64,000 nt of DNA, from contig JBBQUR010000003.1 in assembly GCA_038212275.1 (NCBI GenBank), positions 219,550 through 283,549 of the forward strand. The letters are read 5' to 3'. Positions 1 through 10,300 of this stretch are shown here, in pieces (the first letter of the stretch is position 1; every line of letters starts with the position of its first letter). Source of the stretch: Planctomycetota bacterium (lineage in GTDB: Bacteria; Planctomycetota; B15-G4). The notes below the pieces were generated by a model. It saw only the letters and a program-made list of their open reading frames with translations, made no database searches and was not told the origin of the DNA. Made by a program: the position numbers and the translations under genes.

Positions 1-1
1 G

Positions 2-790
2 GACTCGCGCATCATGTCCGTCGTCGCGGCTCGGCACGCACGCTGGTGGCGCGACGAACTGGCGCACCTGCCTCCATCCAACGTGCTCGTGCAGCCGGCG
101 TCGCGCGGCACCGCGGCGGGCGTGCTGCTGCCGGTGCTCTCCATCCTGCGCCGCGATCCGCGGGGGATGGTTGTCGTGCTGCCATCCGACCACCACGTGG
201 CCGACGAAGCGGTGCTGCAGCACGAGCTGCTCGCGGCCGTGCGCAACAGCCGCGCGCACGACGGGCGCCCCGTGCTGCTTGGCATCGAGGCCGATGCTGC
301 GGAGACCGGCTACGGCTGGATCGTCCCGGCGCGAGGAGCGCAGGGGCGCTGCGCACCTGTCGTGTCCTTCGTGGAGAAGCCGGGGCCGGAAGTCGCCGGC
401 CGGCTGTGGCGCGAGGGGGCGCTCTGGAGCAGCTTCATGTTCACGGCCTCGGCCGAGTCGCTGGTGCACATGGTCGAGCGCACGCTGCCCGGCCTGCTGC
501 GCGACTTCCGGCGCGCGATGGACAGGTCCGTGCGCCCTCACCGCTCCGACTGGCTGACCGATTTCTATGCGGATCTCCCGAGCCACGATTTCTCGCGTGA
601 TGTGCTGCAAGCCTGCGGCGGGGCGCATGTGCTCTCCGTGCCGCCCTGCGGCTGGTCGGACCTCGGAACGCCTGAGCGACTTGCGGCGGTGCCGGGCCTG
701 CGCGGACCGCTCGTGGAACGCGCGCGTGCGTGGACGCGGCAATGCGCAAGTCATCCCGCGACGGTGGCCGCTCGACGTGACACACGCTAA
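2..790 (+). CDS. Mannose-1-phosphate guanylyltransferase-like nucleotidyltransferase, 5'-truncated at window edge
   Basis: Motifs QP..RGTA, VLPSDH, ETGYGWI, FVEKP, HDFSRDVL and GWSDLGTPERL; the frame is open to the left edge. Confidence 0.85.
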   Translation, partial: DSRIMSVVAARHARWWRDELAHLPPSNVLVQPASRGTAAGVLLPVLSILRRDPRGMVVVLPSDHHVADEAVLQHELLAAVRNSRAHDGRPVLLGIEADAAETGYGWIVPARGAQGRCAPVVSFVEKPGPEVAGRLWREGALWSSFMFTASAESLVHMVERTLPGLLRDFRRAMDRSVRPHRSDWLTDFYADLPSHDFSRDVLQACGGAHVLSVPPCGWSDLGTPERLAAVPGLRGPLVERARAWTRQCASHPATVAARRDTR

Positions 791-820
791 AGTGCGCGCC
801 CGACTCGAGGGCGGCACGCC

Positions 821-2014
821 GTGCGGATCCTGCATCTCTTCGCCAATTGGAAGTGGACCGGTCCCGCCGAGCCCGCGCTGAACGTGGCGTGGAAGCAGGC
901 CGCGGAGCACGAGGTGCTCTTCGTCAGCGGCAACTCGCCCGACGGGCAGCCGTCGCGCATCCTGCCGCATGTGCGCGACCGAGGCCTGGCCACGCGCGAG
1001 GGCTTCGTGCTCAGCAAGCACGCGCGGCTGCGCAGCAATCGCGCCGACATCGCGCGCTTGTCGGCGCTGCTTCAGGAGTTCCGGCCGGACATCGTGCACG
1101 CGCATCTCGACAACGACCATCGCATCGCGTCGCACGCGGTGAGTCGCACGAACATCGGCCGCCTGGTGCGCACCGCCTATGACCCGGAAGGGCTGCCCTG
1201 CACGCTGCGCCTGCGCCAGGTGGCCCGCCGCAGGCTCGACGGAGTCATCGTCACCACGCGCAGCGGTTTCGATCGCACGCTCGCCGGCTATGGCGGCAGC
1301 GCGCGCAGCATCTCGGTGGACGGTCACCCGCGGCCGCTCGTACTCATCGAAGGCGGCATCGACCTGGAGCGCTTCGATCCCTCGCGCGTGGACCGCCCGG
1401 CGGCGCGCGCGAAGCTGGGACTGGGACCGGAGGACGTCGCGGTGGGCATCGTGGCGCGCGTGCAGGCGCACCGCCGTTTCGAGCTGCTCATCGAGGCCCA
1501 CGCACGCGTCGTTGCCGAGTATCCGCAGTTGCGGCTCGTCGTCATCGGGCGCGGCACGCAGATCCGGCAGCTGCTGCTCGATCCGGTGGAACAGCGCGGG
1601 CTGGGGGGCAGCGTCCTGACGACGGGCTACCTGGCCGGCGAGGACTATCCGGCGGCTCTGTGCGCCCTCGACGCGTGCCTCTTCCTCGTGCCGGGAAGCG
1701 ACGGCACCTGCCGCGCGCTGCGCGAGCAGACCGCGATGGGCCTGCCGGCTCTGGTCTCGCCCCGCCCGCCACTCCCCGACATGGTGGAGGAGGGCTGCTC
1801 GGGCTTCGTGGTGCAGGAGTCGGTCGAGGGACTTGCCGGCGGCTTGCGCCGGCTGGTTGCCGACAGTGAACTGCGCGCACGACTGCGGGCCGGCGCCATC
1901 GATGCAGCGCGCCGCCGCTTCGACCTGAAGCGCCAGGCCGCCGCCGTCACGGCCTTCTACGAGCAGGTGCTCGGCGAACGGGTTGCGCGGCCCGCTGACG
2001 GCGCGGCCCGCTGA
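821..2014 (+). CDS. Glycosyltransferase family 4 (GT-B)
   Basis: GTG start; RILH..., PDIVHAH, GIDLERF, VGIVAR, and C-terminal donor-binding region ALREQTAMGLPALVS. Confidence 0.85.
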   Translation: MRILHLFANWKWTGPAEPALNVAWKQAAEHEVLFVSGNSPDGQPSRILPHVRDRGLATREGFVLSKHARLRSNRADIARLSALLQEFRPDIVHAHLDNDHRIASHAVSRTNIGRLVRTAYDPEGLPCTLRLRQVARRRLDGVIVTTRSGFDRTLAGYGGSARSISVDGHPRPLVLIEGGIDLERFDPSRVDRPAARAKLGLGPEDVAVGIVARVQAHRRFELLIEAHARVVAEYPQLRLVVIGRGTQIRQLLLDPVEQRGLGGSVLTTGYLAGEDYPAALCALDACLFLVPGSDGTCRALREQTAMGLPALVSPRPPLPDMVEEGCSGFVVQESVEGLAGGLRRLVADSELRARLRAGAIDAARRRFDLKRQAAAVTAFYEQVLGERVARPADGAAR

Positions 2015-2023
2015 CGGCGCGGC
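1985..2023. repeat. 16-bp tandem repeat (GCGCGGCCCGCTGACG x2.4) spanning the GT4 stop codon
   Basis: Read directly: 1985-2000, 2001-2016, partial 2017-2023. Confidence 0.85.
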
Positions 2024-2065
2024 GCAGGATCGCGCGCGCCGGCAGGCCGGCGCCGGCACGCACGC

Positions 2066-2569
2066 TCAGCGCGTGAAGGTGTAGCCGCGCTCGACGAGCG
2101 CGACGGCGCGCGCCTCGATGCCTTCCGCCCGGCCGATCGGGCCCATCTTCTCGAAGGTCTTGCCCTTCACGTTGACCTGCCGCACCTCGATGTCGAGCGC
2201 GGCCGCAATGGACTCGCGCATCTGGGCGCGGAGCGGCGAGATCCTGGGCTCCTCCGCCATGATCACCGCGTCGATGCTGAGGATGCGCGTGCCGGCGATG
2301 CGCACGCGCCGGGCGACCTCGCGGGTCATGTCCACGCTGGAACGGCCGCGGTTGCGGTCGTCGGAGTCGGGAAAGAGCGTGCCGAGATCGGGCAGGTCCG
2401 CGGCCGAAAGCACGGCGTCCATGATGGCGTGCAGCAGCACGTCACCGTCGGAGTGCCCATCCATGCCCCGATCGAACGGGACGTGGATGCCGCCGAGCAT
2501 GAGCGGGATGCCTGCCTTGAATCGGTGCACGTCGCAACTGGTCCCCACGGCGAGGTCCGAGATGGCCAT
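2066..2569 (-). CDS. ispF: 2-C-methyl-D-erythritol 2,4-cyclodiphosphate synthase
   Basis: DVHRF, GHSDGDVLLHAIMDA, DLGTLFPD, VNVKGKTFEKMGPIGRAEGI. Confidence 0.95.
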   Translation of the reverse strand: MAISDLAVGTSCDVHRFKAGIPLMLGGIHVPFDRGMDGHSDGDVLLHAIMDAVLSAADLPDLGTLFPDSDDRNRGRSSVDMTREVARRVRIAGTRILSIDAVIMAEEPRISPLRAQMRESIAAALDIEVRQVNVKGKTFEKMGPIGRAEGIEARAVALVERGYTFTR

Positions 2570-3279
2570 CAGTCACTCCTTTCGCTGAGCTGACCGAGCA
2601 AGGCCTGCGCCATGGCCAGGTCTTCCCCCGTCGTGATCTTGAAGTTGAGGCGCGATCCTTCCACGAATGCGACCTCCAGTCCAGCCGCTTCGAAGAGTGA
2701 GGCTTCATCCGTCACGTTGAGGGCGCGCGCTGCGGCGTCGGCGAGCAGCCGTTCGAGCACGGCGAAGGCGAAGGCCTGCGGCGTCTGCGCAGCCCAGAGG
2801 CGGTCGCGCGGAAGCGTCCGTTCGACGAGCGGAGCGTCGCCGCCAGGCCGTGCCTCCTTGATGGTGTCGGCGACGCGCACCGCGAGCAGTGCAGCTCCCG
2901 TGCGCTGCGCGCTCGCGATGAGGGCCTCGATCCTGTCGACGGGCACGAAGGGCCGGGCCGCGTCGTGAACGAGCACGAGACGCGTCGTGTGCGGCAGAGC
3001 GGCGAGGCCGGCGGCGACCGAGTCCTGTCGTCGCGCACCGCCATCCACCAGCGTGACGGGGCGTGGAAGCCGCGCGATGACCGCGGCAAGCGCCGCGCGA
3101 TCGTCGCGGTGGCCCACGAGAATCACCGGATCCAGCTCAGGCAGCGCCAGCAGCGTCCGAAGGCAGTGTTCGACGAGCGGCCGCCCGGCCAACGGCACGA
3201 GGGCCTTGTGCCGGTCCGCGCCGAGTCGGTGGCCCGTGCCTCCGGCCACCACGATGAGGGCCGCCCGCTCAGCCTTCAT
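2569..3279 (-). CDS. ispD: 2-C-methyl-D-erythritol 4-phosphate cytidylyltransferase
   Basis: IVVAGGTGHRLG, GGARRQDSV, VLVHDAARP, AQTPQAF, TDEASL, NFKITT; ATG at 3279; stop overlaps the ispF start. Confidence 0.95.
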   Translation of the reverse strand: MKAERAALIVVAGGTGHRLGADRHKALVPLAGRPLVEHCLRTLLALPELDPVILVGHRDDRAALAAVIARLPRPVTLVDGGARRQDSVAAGLAALPHTTRLVLVHDAARPFVPVDRIEALIASAQRTGAALLAVRVADTIKEARPGGDAPLVERTLPRDRLWAAQTPQAFAFAVLERLLADAAARALNVTDEASLFEAAGLEVAFVEGSRLNFKITTGEDLAMAQALLGQLSERSD

Positions 3280-3327
3280 TCGCTGTTCCGCGCTGTTCCG
3301 CGCCGTGCCGTGCCGTAGCATGCGGGC

Positions 3328-3849
3328 ATGATCGTCCTCGGCATCGATCCCGGCAGCCGTCGCACGGGCTGGGGACTCATCGAGGAGCGCGGGACGGCGC
3401 TGGTGATGCGCGACATGGGGGTGATCCGTCCCGGCGATGGTCTGCCGCTGGAGAGGCGCCTCGCCGCGATCCACGGCGCCGTCGCGGAACTGCTCCGATC
3501 GTACGGGCCGGAGTGCGTCGGGATCGAGTGCGTGTTTCACGGCGTCAACACGCGGTCTCTGGTCGTCCTCGGTCAGGCGCGCGGGGCCGTGATGGCTGCC
3601 GTGGGAGCGGCGAGCCGCACGCTCATCGAATTGTCGCCCGCCGAGATTAAGAAGGCGGTCACGGGCAACGGTCAGGCCACCAAGGAGCAGGTTGCGCACA
3701 TGGTCGGGGTGCTGCTCGGCCCCGAGGTGCGCGAGAGAACGGCTGCGGCCCGCAAGGTCTCGGCGGCAGCGGACGCCACGGATGCGCTGGCCATCGCGAT
3801 CGCCTCGTTGCACCGTCGCGCTGCACCACTCGGGCGCGCGAGAGAGTGA
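3328..3849 (+). CDS. ruvC: Crossover junction endodeoxyribonuclease RuvC
   Basis: LGIDPGS..TGWG, LGQARG, IKKAVTGNGQATKEQV, DATDALAIA. Confidence 0.95.
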   Translation: MIVLGIDPGSRRTGWGLIEERGTALVMRDMGVIRPGDGLPLERRLAAIHGAVAELLRSYGPECVGIECVFHGVNTRSLVVLGQARGAVMAAVGAASRTLIELSPAEIKKAVTGNGQATKEQVAHMVGVLLGPEVRERTAAARKVSAAADATDALAIAIASLHRRAAPLGRARE

Positions 3850-4193
3850 AAATCATTCAGCCGAGGATTCTTCGGGAAAAGGGGGAGGAGGTTTTATGCG
3901 CGGAATCCACGCAACCTCGGCTGAATGAATATTCACGACTTATCGACCGTGTTGATGGAAGAGCCAGCGTTCGGTTCGTCGGGCAGTTCGAATCCGAGGC
4001 CATCACTTCCCAGTCGACGGCGCCTAGACTAGCCGAAGCTGTGGTGTCTTGCACGACGGGGAGAAGAAAGCCTGCGCGTGCGAGCCAGGAATGTTTCCGG
4101 TTGCGGGGCGCGGCGAACTTGACGCCTCCGTAAAGGACTTCCGGCTCAGGCCTCCTTGAGCAGGAGGCCGGCTCCAAACAGTGATTCTGAGCC
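3846..4193. other. Lower-GC intergenic region with several long hairpins; candidate structured ncRNA or miniature element
   Basis: Imperfect IR 3846-3866/3915-3936 (14-bp perfect core TCATTCAGCCGAGG); bulged hairpin ~3943-4017; nested stems 4143-4193. Confidence 0.35.
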
Positions 4194-4734
4194 TGCCGAG
4201 GTGGTGATCCGGGTGTCCGAGGGGCCTGGCCGGGGCCAGTTGCCAGTCCTGCTGCCGGACCCGGCGCCCTCGTTTTCCGGCAGCGCCGCTGGCCTGCCGG
4301 GGGGAGGCCGTCAGGTCGCCATGACCAGTCTCCGCTTGCTGCGTCGTGGACCGGAGTGCCGGCCTGGCGCCATCGGGCCAGCGGGCAGGGACGGGTGACC
4401 GGACGGCGCTGGACGCCAGTCCCTCCGCGTGACCTCGCCCGATGGCGCGGGGAGCCCGGACGCGCGGGTGGAGACTGGCGCCACGTCGCAGCCGCTCGGC
4501 GGCCTCGCGGCCACCACGGACGAGGGAGCGGCGTGCGCCCTGCGGCGCGCCACGCGCAGGAACCCGCGCCCGCGCGGTCTCGCTGGACGCGGCGCAGACC
4601 CGGCCCGCTGCGGTGCGTCGGCCCGATGCTTCGCGCCGCGTGCAGCGCGTCGCGGGGACGCCGCGCCGGGGTGAAGCGGCCTTGCTCGTCGCGTTGCGGC
4701 GCTGCTATTCTCCGCCCCCTCGCCGATCGGCGAC

Positions 4735-4811
4735 GGCGGAGTAGCTCAGTTGGTTAGAGCGACGGATCCATAATCCGTATGTCGGGGGTTCAAGTCCCTC
4801 CTCCGCTACCA
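4735..4811 (+). tRNA. tRNA-Met(CAT), elongator type, CCA encoded, non-canonical C33
   Basis: Cloverleaf: acceptor GGCGGAG/CTCCGCT, D-arm GCTCAGTTGGTTAGAGC, anticodon stem ACGGA/TCCGT with loop TCCATAA, T-loop TTCAAGT, 3' ACCA; TG-extended TATTCT -10 at 4706-4711. Confidence 0.93.
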
Positions 4812-4825
4812 CGCCGTCGCGCCGG

Positions 4826-7255
4826 TCAGCGCAGGACGGCCTTCCACCAGTCGGCCAGGCGCTGCTCGACTCCGGGCACGACGCCGAACATGCGCGTGCC
4901 GTGGATGGAGGTCTGGTCGAGCAGCACGAGGTCCGAGGCCGTCCACGGGTCGCGCGCGCGCAACGCTGCGTCCAGCACGCTCGCTCCGCCGCCGGCTTCC
5001 TCGCGGCTGCTGACCATGAGCAGCGGACGGCTGTCCCAGCGGCTGATGTCCTGCAGGCTGTCGACGCCCAGGTAGTCGGTCCCGGGCGTGAGCGTGGCCA
5101 CCGCAGCGAGCTGGGCATCGTTCACGGCAGCGCGCAGGGCCACGGAGCAACCCACGCTGGCTCCCATGAGGCCGATGCGTTCACGCGGGTAGCCGCGCAG
5201 CTCCAGCCAGGCCACCGCCGCCGCGACGTCCTGATCCATGGCGTTGAAGAGCGCGGGATCGCGCGCCGCCACGCGAGGCGCCAGCAGCCCTTCGGCATCC
5301 ACGCTCTCGCCGTGGCCGCGCAGGTCGAGCGCGAGCGTGGCGATGCCGGCGCGATACAGCGGCTCACGCATCGTGTTCCATGCGCCGCGCTCGCTGCCGT
5401 ACATGTGGAGCAGCACGAGGGCTGAGCCGTCCGCCGGCGCGCCGCTGGCGCCCATGAACCAGTCACCGTGCAGCAGCAGACCGTCGGCCGTGTGCAGGGT
5501 GGCGGGCTCGGGCGATCGATCGAGGTCTCCCGGGTCCCACGCGAAGAGAGCCGAGCGGGCCTCATCGCCATGCTTCCATGCGACCAGCTTGTGCGGCTCT
5601 CCCGTCGAGAGCTGCTCCGAGAGCGCGCCCGGCGTGATGGGGGAGCCGTTCACGGAGACGAGCGTGTCGCCGCGCTCGATTCCGTGTGCGGCGGCCTGCG
5701 CTCCCGGCACGACCTCGCGCACGGTCACGCCGTCCCCGGCAATGAAGACGCCGAGCTGCCTGCGCTGCACGACCATGTGCGTGCGGTTCAGCAGGTCGGG
5801 CAGGTCCGCGAGGCCGAGCGCGGCGAGCGCGATGACGATGGACGAGTGGGCCTCGTAGTCGGCGCGCGCCGCGTCGAAGGTGTCGAACTGCGTGTGGTGC
5901 GTGTGGTTGTAGTCGGCATCGCCGGCCTGGTCCCAGAAGAAGCCGGGCACGCCGGCTTCAGTGAACGAGGAGTGATCGCTCGCGCCGCCGACTTCCAGTC
6001 CGTCCACGTCGTGCAGGTCGAAGCGGAAGTCCTGGCCGGCGGTGGCGACGAACGCCGCCACGGGTGCAAGGGCCGTCTCCATCTGCGGGCGCATGCGCGG
6101 CGTGATGCCGAGGCCCGAGAGGTAGTTCGTCCCGCCATCGTGAACGAGCACGGCAGAAATGGCGGGCAGGGCCTCGGGGTGCGCCGTGACCCACGCCTCC
6201 GAACCGAGCAGGCCCTGCTCCTCGCCGCTCCACAGCATGAAGCGGATCGTGCGTCGCGGCTGCGCGCCGGCGGCCGCGAGCAGGCGCGCCGCTTCCATCG
6301 CCGTGGCGACGCCCGTTCCGTTGTCGGTGGTGCCGGTGGCGCCGTCCCAGGAGTCCAGGTGGCCGCCGACGATCACGTATTCGTCGGGCAGCTCGCTGCC
6401 GCGCAGATCCGCGATGACGTTGTTCTGCACGATCGGACCGACGACCGTCCGGTTGTCGATGTCGAACTGCAGCTCCAGCTGTTCACCGGCCTTCACGCGC
6501 TCGACCAGCGGCTGGTACTGGCTGCGCAGGACGGCAATGCGCGGCAGCTTCGGCATCACCTCGAGAGACTCCGCCATGCGGCCGCTCATCACGAGCAGGT
6601 CGCCGTCCGAGCCGGCCTGCAGGAAGCCTGCGAGCGACAGTTCGGCGGCGCGGTTCTCGAGCGCGGTGCGCACGGCGCGCGTCGCGCCGGTCGATCCCTC
6701 GAACAGGACCCAGCAGCCGCGCAGCGCGTCGGTGCTTGCCTCGATCTCGGACTCCTTCTGCGGGGCCAGAATGGCGGGGGCGCGGCGCGGGCCGTTCGTG
6801 CCCGGCGTCCACGCATAGCTGAGAAACGTCAGCGGTTCGGCCACCCAGTCGCCGCCTTCGGGAGGGCGCACGAAGGCCACGCCGCTGGAGGAACCTCGAT
6901 CGAAGCCCACGGCGACCTCGCCCCACGGTTCGAGGTGCGCCTCCAGTCCGAACGAGCGGAACTGCTCCACGGACCACTCCTCGGCCTGTTGAAGTCTCTT
7001 CGAGCCGGTGAGTCGCGGGCCGATGCCGTTCACCAGCCCGTCGAGATGCGCCATGACGTGGTTGTCCGTGCGCCCGAGTTGCACGATGCGTGCGGCCGCC
7101 TCGGCGTTGCGGTCCTCGCCGGCGGTCGATCGTCCGACGGCCTGTGCCTGCGCCTGCGCCTGTGCCTGTGCCTGCGGAGCCACCGCGGCGGCCTGCCCTC
7201 CGGGCAGCTGAAATGAACACAGAGCGGCGGCCAGCAGCAGGAGCAGGGCATGCAT
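4826..7255 (-). CDS. Secreted M28 metallopeptidase (carboxypeptidase Q-like) fused to PDZ-like and alpha/beta-hydrolase domains
   Basis: Signal peptide; GGHLDSWD, TDNGTG, WSGEEQGLLGS, SDHSSF, HHTQFDT; LGVFI...GIERGDTLVSVNG; ALDLRGHGES, GASVG nucleophile elbow, HGT. Confidence 0.85.
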   Translation of the reverse strand: MHALLLLLAAALCSFQLPGGQAAAVAPQAQAQAQAQAQAVGRSTAGEDRNAEAAARIVQLGRTDNHVMAHLDGLVNGIGPRLTGSKRLQQAEEWSVEQFRSFGLEAHLEPWGEVAVGFDRGSSSGVAFVRPPEGGDWVAEPLTFLSYAWTPGTNGPRRAPAILAPQKESEIEASTDALRGCWVLFEGSTGATRAVRTALENRAAELSLAGFLQAGSDGDLLVMSGRMAESLEVMPKLPRIAVLRSQYQPLVERVKAGEQLELQFDIDNRTVVGPIVQNNVIADLRGSELPDEYVIVGGHLDSWDGATGTTDNGTGVATAMEAARLLAAAGAQPRRTIRFMLWSGEEQGLLGSEAWVTAHPEALPAISAVLVHDGGTNYLSGLGITPRMRPQMETALAPVAAFVATAGQDFRFDLHDVDGLEVGGASDHSSFTEAGVPGFFWDQAGDADYNHTHHTQFDTFDAARADYEAHSSIVIALAALGLADLPDLLNRTHMVVQRRQLGVFIAGDGVTVREVVPGAQAAAHGIERGDTLVSVNGSPITPGALSEQLSTGEPHKLVAWKHGDEARSALFAWDPGDLDRSPEPATLHTADGLLLHGDWFMGASGAPADGSALVLLHMYGSERGAWNTMREPLYRAGIATLALDLRGHGESVDAEGLLAPRVAARDPALFNAMDQDVAAAVAWLELRGYPRERIGLMGASVGCSVALRAAVNDAQLAAVATLTPGTDYLGVDSLQDISRWDSRPLLMVSSREEAGGGASVLDAALRARDPWTASDLVLLDQTSIHGTRMFGVVPGVEQRLADWWKAVLR

Positions 7256-7393
7256 GAGTCTTTCTCGCGACCTGGGGAGCGGCGCGTCCCGCGGCAGAGC
7301 TTGCCGACGCGCACTCCCATCGTGCGCCACGTCATCACTCCACGCCAGCGGCAGGTCATGCCGCGCGCGTGACGGAGCGCGGGGAGTCGCCGC

Positions 7394-10300
7394 TCAGCTG
7401 CCGACGCTCCGCGCCGCACGGCGCAGCCGTCGCTCCATGACTGCGCAGTAGAGGCACGGCGCGATGAACAGCGTGATGAGCTGCACCGCCATGCCACCGA
7501 CGGAGGGGATGGCCATGGGCCGCATCACGTCGCTGCCGCGACCATCCACGAGAAACACGGGAATCAGGCCGATGACCGTCGTCGCCGTGGTCATGAGGCA
7601 CGGCCGGATGCGCCGCAGCCCGGCCTGCACCACGAGGTCGCGCACCTGTTCCACGCTGGCCGGCGCGCGGCCCTCCGTGCGAGCCTCGCCAAAGGCCTGC
7701 TCCTGGTAGGTGAGCATCACGACGGCGTCGTCGTCGGCCACTCCCATGAGCGCGATCATGCCGACCCACACGGCCACCGACAGGTTCACGCCCGCGAGCC
7801 ACAGAGCCAGGAAGCCGCCCGTCATCGAGACGGTGATGCCGAGGAACACGATGGCCGCGAGCCACCAGGCCCCGAGGCCCATGTACAGCATGAGCAGCAT
7901 GACGCCGAGCACGGTGGGGACGAGCACCACGAGCCGCGCCGTGGCGCGTACCTGCGCCTCGAACTGTCCGCCCCACACGGTGAAGTAGCCGGTCGGCAGC
8001 CGCACGCGCCCGTCCGCGACGGCGGCGCGCAGGGCGCGGTCCGCGTCCTCGACGACCGAGATCTCGTCGCGGTCGCGCGTGTTCAGCGTGACGTACCCGA
8101 CCTTCGCCGTGTTCTCGCTCTTGATCTCCTGCGGGCCGACCTCGTAGTGCAGGGTCGCCACCGTCGAGAGCGGCACCTGCGCGCCGGACGCGGTGGGAAT
8201 GAGCACTCGCTGCAGTGCCTCGAGCGTGTCGCGCAGTTCGCGCGCGTAGCGGACCCGCACCGGGAAGCGCGCCGTACCCTCGACCGTCGTCGTCGTGCGC
8301 TCGCCGCCGATGGCGATCTCGATCACGTCGTTGACATCCTCGATGGTCACGCCGTAGCGCGCGGCCGCTTCGCGGTCGATCACGAACTCGAGGTACGGCT
8401 TGCCGACGATGCGGTCGGCGACGACGTCCACCGCGCCGGGCACGTCGCGCAGCACGCGCTCGATCTCCAGTCCGATGCGCTCGATCTCGGCTTGATCCGG
8501 CCCGAAGATCTTCACGCCCATCATGGCGCGGAAACCGGACGACAGCATGACCAGCCGCGTCTGGATGGGCTGCAACCACGTGGGCAGCACGCCCGGCATC
8601 GCGGAGGCCTGCTGCAGTTCCAGCAGGAGTTCGGACTTCGCGATGGCGCGGCTGTCGGGCCACACGGCGCGGAACGGCGGCTGCAACCACCCGGGCCATC
8701 CCGACCAGAAGCGCTCCTCGTGCACGCGCCGCCATTGCGACGGCGGCTTCAGCGTGACGATGGTCTCGATCATGCCGATCGGCGCGGGGTCGAGCGCCGA
8801 CTCGCTGCGGCCCGCCTTGCCGACGACGTCCAGCACCTCGGGAACCTGCGCGAGTCGCGCGTTCTGCACCGCGAGCACTTCCATCACCTGGTCCAGCGAC
8901 GCGGCGGGAAGCAGCGACGGCATCGAGAGAAAGCTGCCCTCGTCGAGCGGCGGCATGAACTCGCGCCCCAGGCCCGGAAAGGCATGCGCCGCTGCGACCC
9001 ACGGGCGCGTGAGCCCCGGGTCGAGGCCGATGGCCGACAGCCCCGCGCGCACGGGCGCGAGCATCGTCGCGAAGCCGAGCCAGATCACGAAGCCGAAGAT
9101 CACGAGCAGCGCAGGCAGCACCATGAACGTCCGCTTGTGGGCGAGCACCCAGCGCAGCGATGGTTCGTAGGTGCGGTTGATCGCTCGGCTGACGACGTTG
9201 GCCTCCATCGGCAGGAGCTTCTCGCCGGTGATGCGCCAGACGGCGGCGCCGACGATGATGCCGGCGGCCACGGAGGTCGGCCAGCCGAGCGGGCCGTCGG
9301 TGAAGCCGAGGCATCCGGCAAGCAGTCGCGTCGCGAACACGGCCGCGATGCCTGCGAGCAGCGTGGCGCGCCGGCGCGTCCTGGGCGTCACCGACACGTC
9401 GCGCAGCGTGACGAGCGCCAGCGCCGGCACGACGGTGAGCGCGAGCACGACCGAGCCCGCGATCGCGAAGGTCTTCGCATAGGCCAGCGGCTGGAAGAGT
9501 TTGCCTTCCTGGTCCTGCAGGAAGAACACGGGCACGAAGGAAATCACCGTGTTGCTGACGGCGGTGAGGATCGCGGGCCCGACCTCGTGCGCGGCCTCTT
9601 CGACGACCCGCAGGTAGCCCTCGCGCGTGGCGGTCTCGTCGCGCCGCTGCGCGAGGTGACGGTAGATGTTCTCCGTCATGATGATGCCCATGTCCGCCAC
9701 GTCGCCGATGGCGATGGCGAGGCCCGCGATGGACATGATGTTGGAGCCCACGCCGAGTCGCTCCATCGCGATGTAGGCGATGGCCACCGACAGGGGCAGC
9801 GTGGAGAGGATCGAGATCGACGCGCGCAGGTGCAGCAGGAAGAGCAGCACGACCGCGCCGGCGAAGAGCAATTCCTCGGTGATGGCCTCGCCGAGCGTGT
9901 CCATCGTCTCGTCGATGATGACGCTGCGGTCGTAGTAGGGGGCGATCCGCATGCGCGAGGTGCTCCCGTCCGGCAGCACCCTGGTCGGCAGCCCGGGTTC
10001 CAGTTGCGCGATGCGCGCCCGGACGGCGTCGATGACCTCGCGCGGGTTGGCGCCGAAGCGGCACAGCACGATGCCGCCCACGGCCTCGACGCCCGCCTTG
10101 TTCAGCACGCCGCGCCGGAACTCCGGCCCCAGCGAGACGCGCGCGACGTTGCGCACGTAGAGCGGCGTGCCGCCCTCCTGGCGCACGACGATGTCCTCCA
10201 GGTCGCGCACGGACTTCACGAAGCCCACGCCGCGCACGAGGAATTCCGCGCCGTTCTTCTCCACGACCTGCGCGCCGACGTCGAGATTGCTGCGCCGCAC

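Noticed and set aside
3978..4000. GTTCGAATC resembling a tRNA T-loop or tmRNA end
   Set aside because: Flanks do not form a T-stem or acceptor stem, and there is no CCA or tag-reading frame
4200..4700. Short ORFs between the structured region and the tRNA
   Set aside because: No motifs, codon bias or start signals
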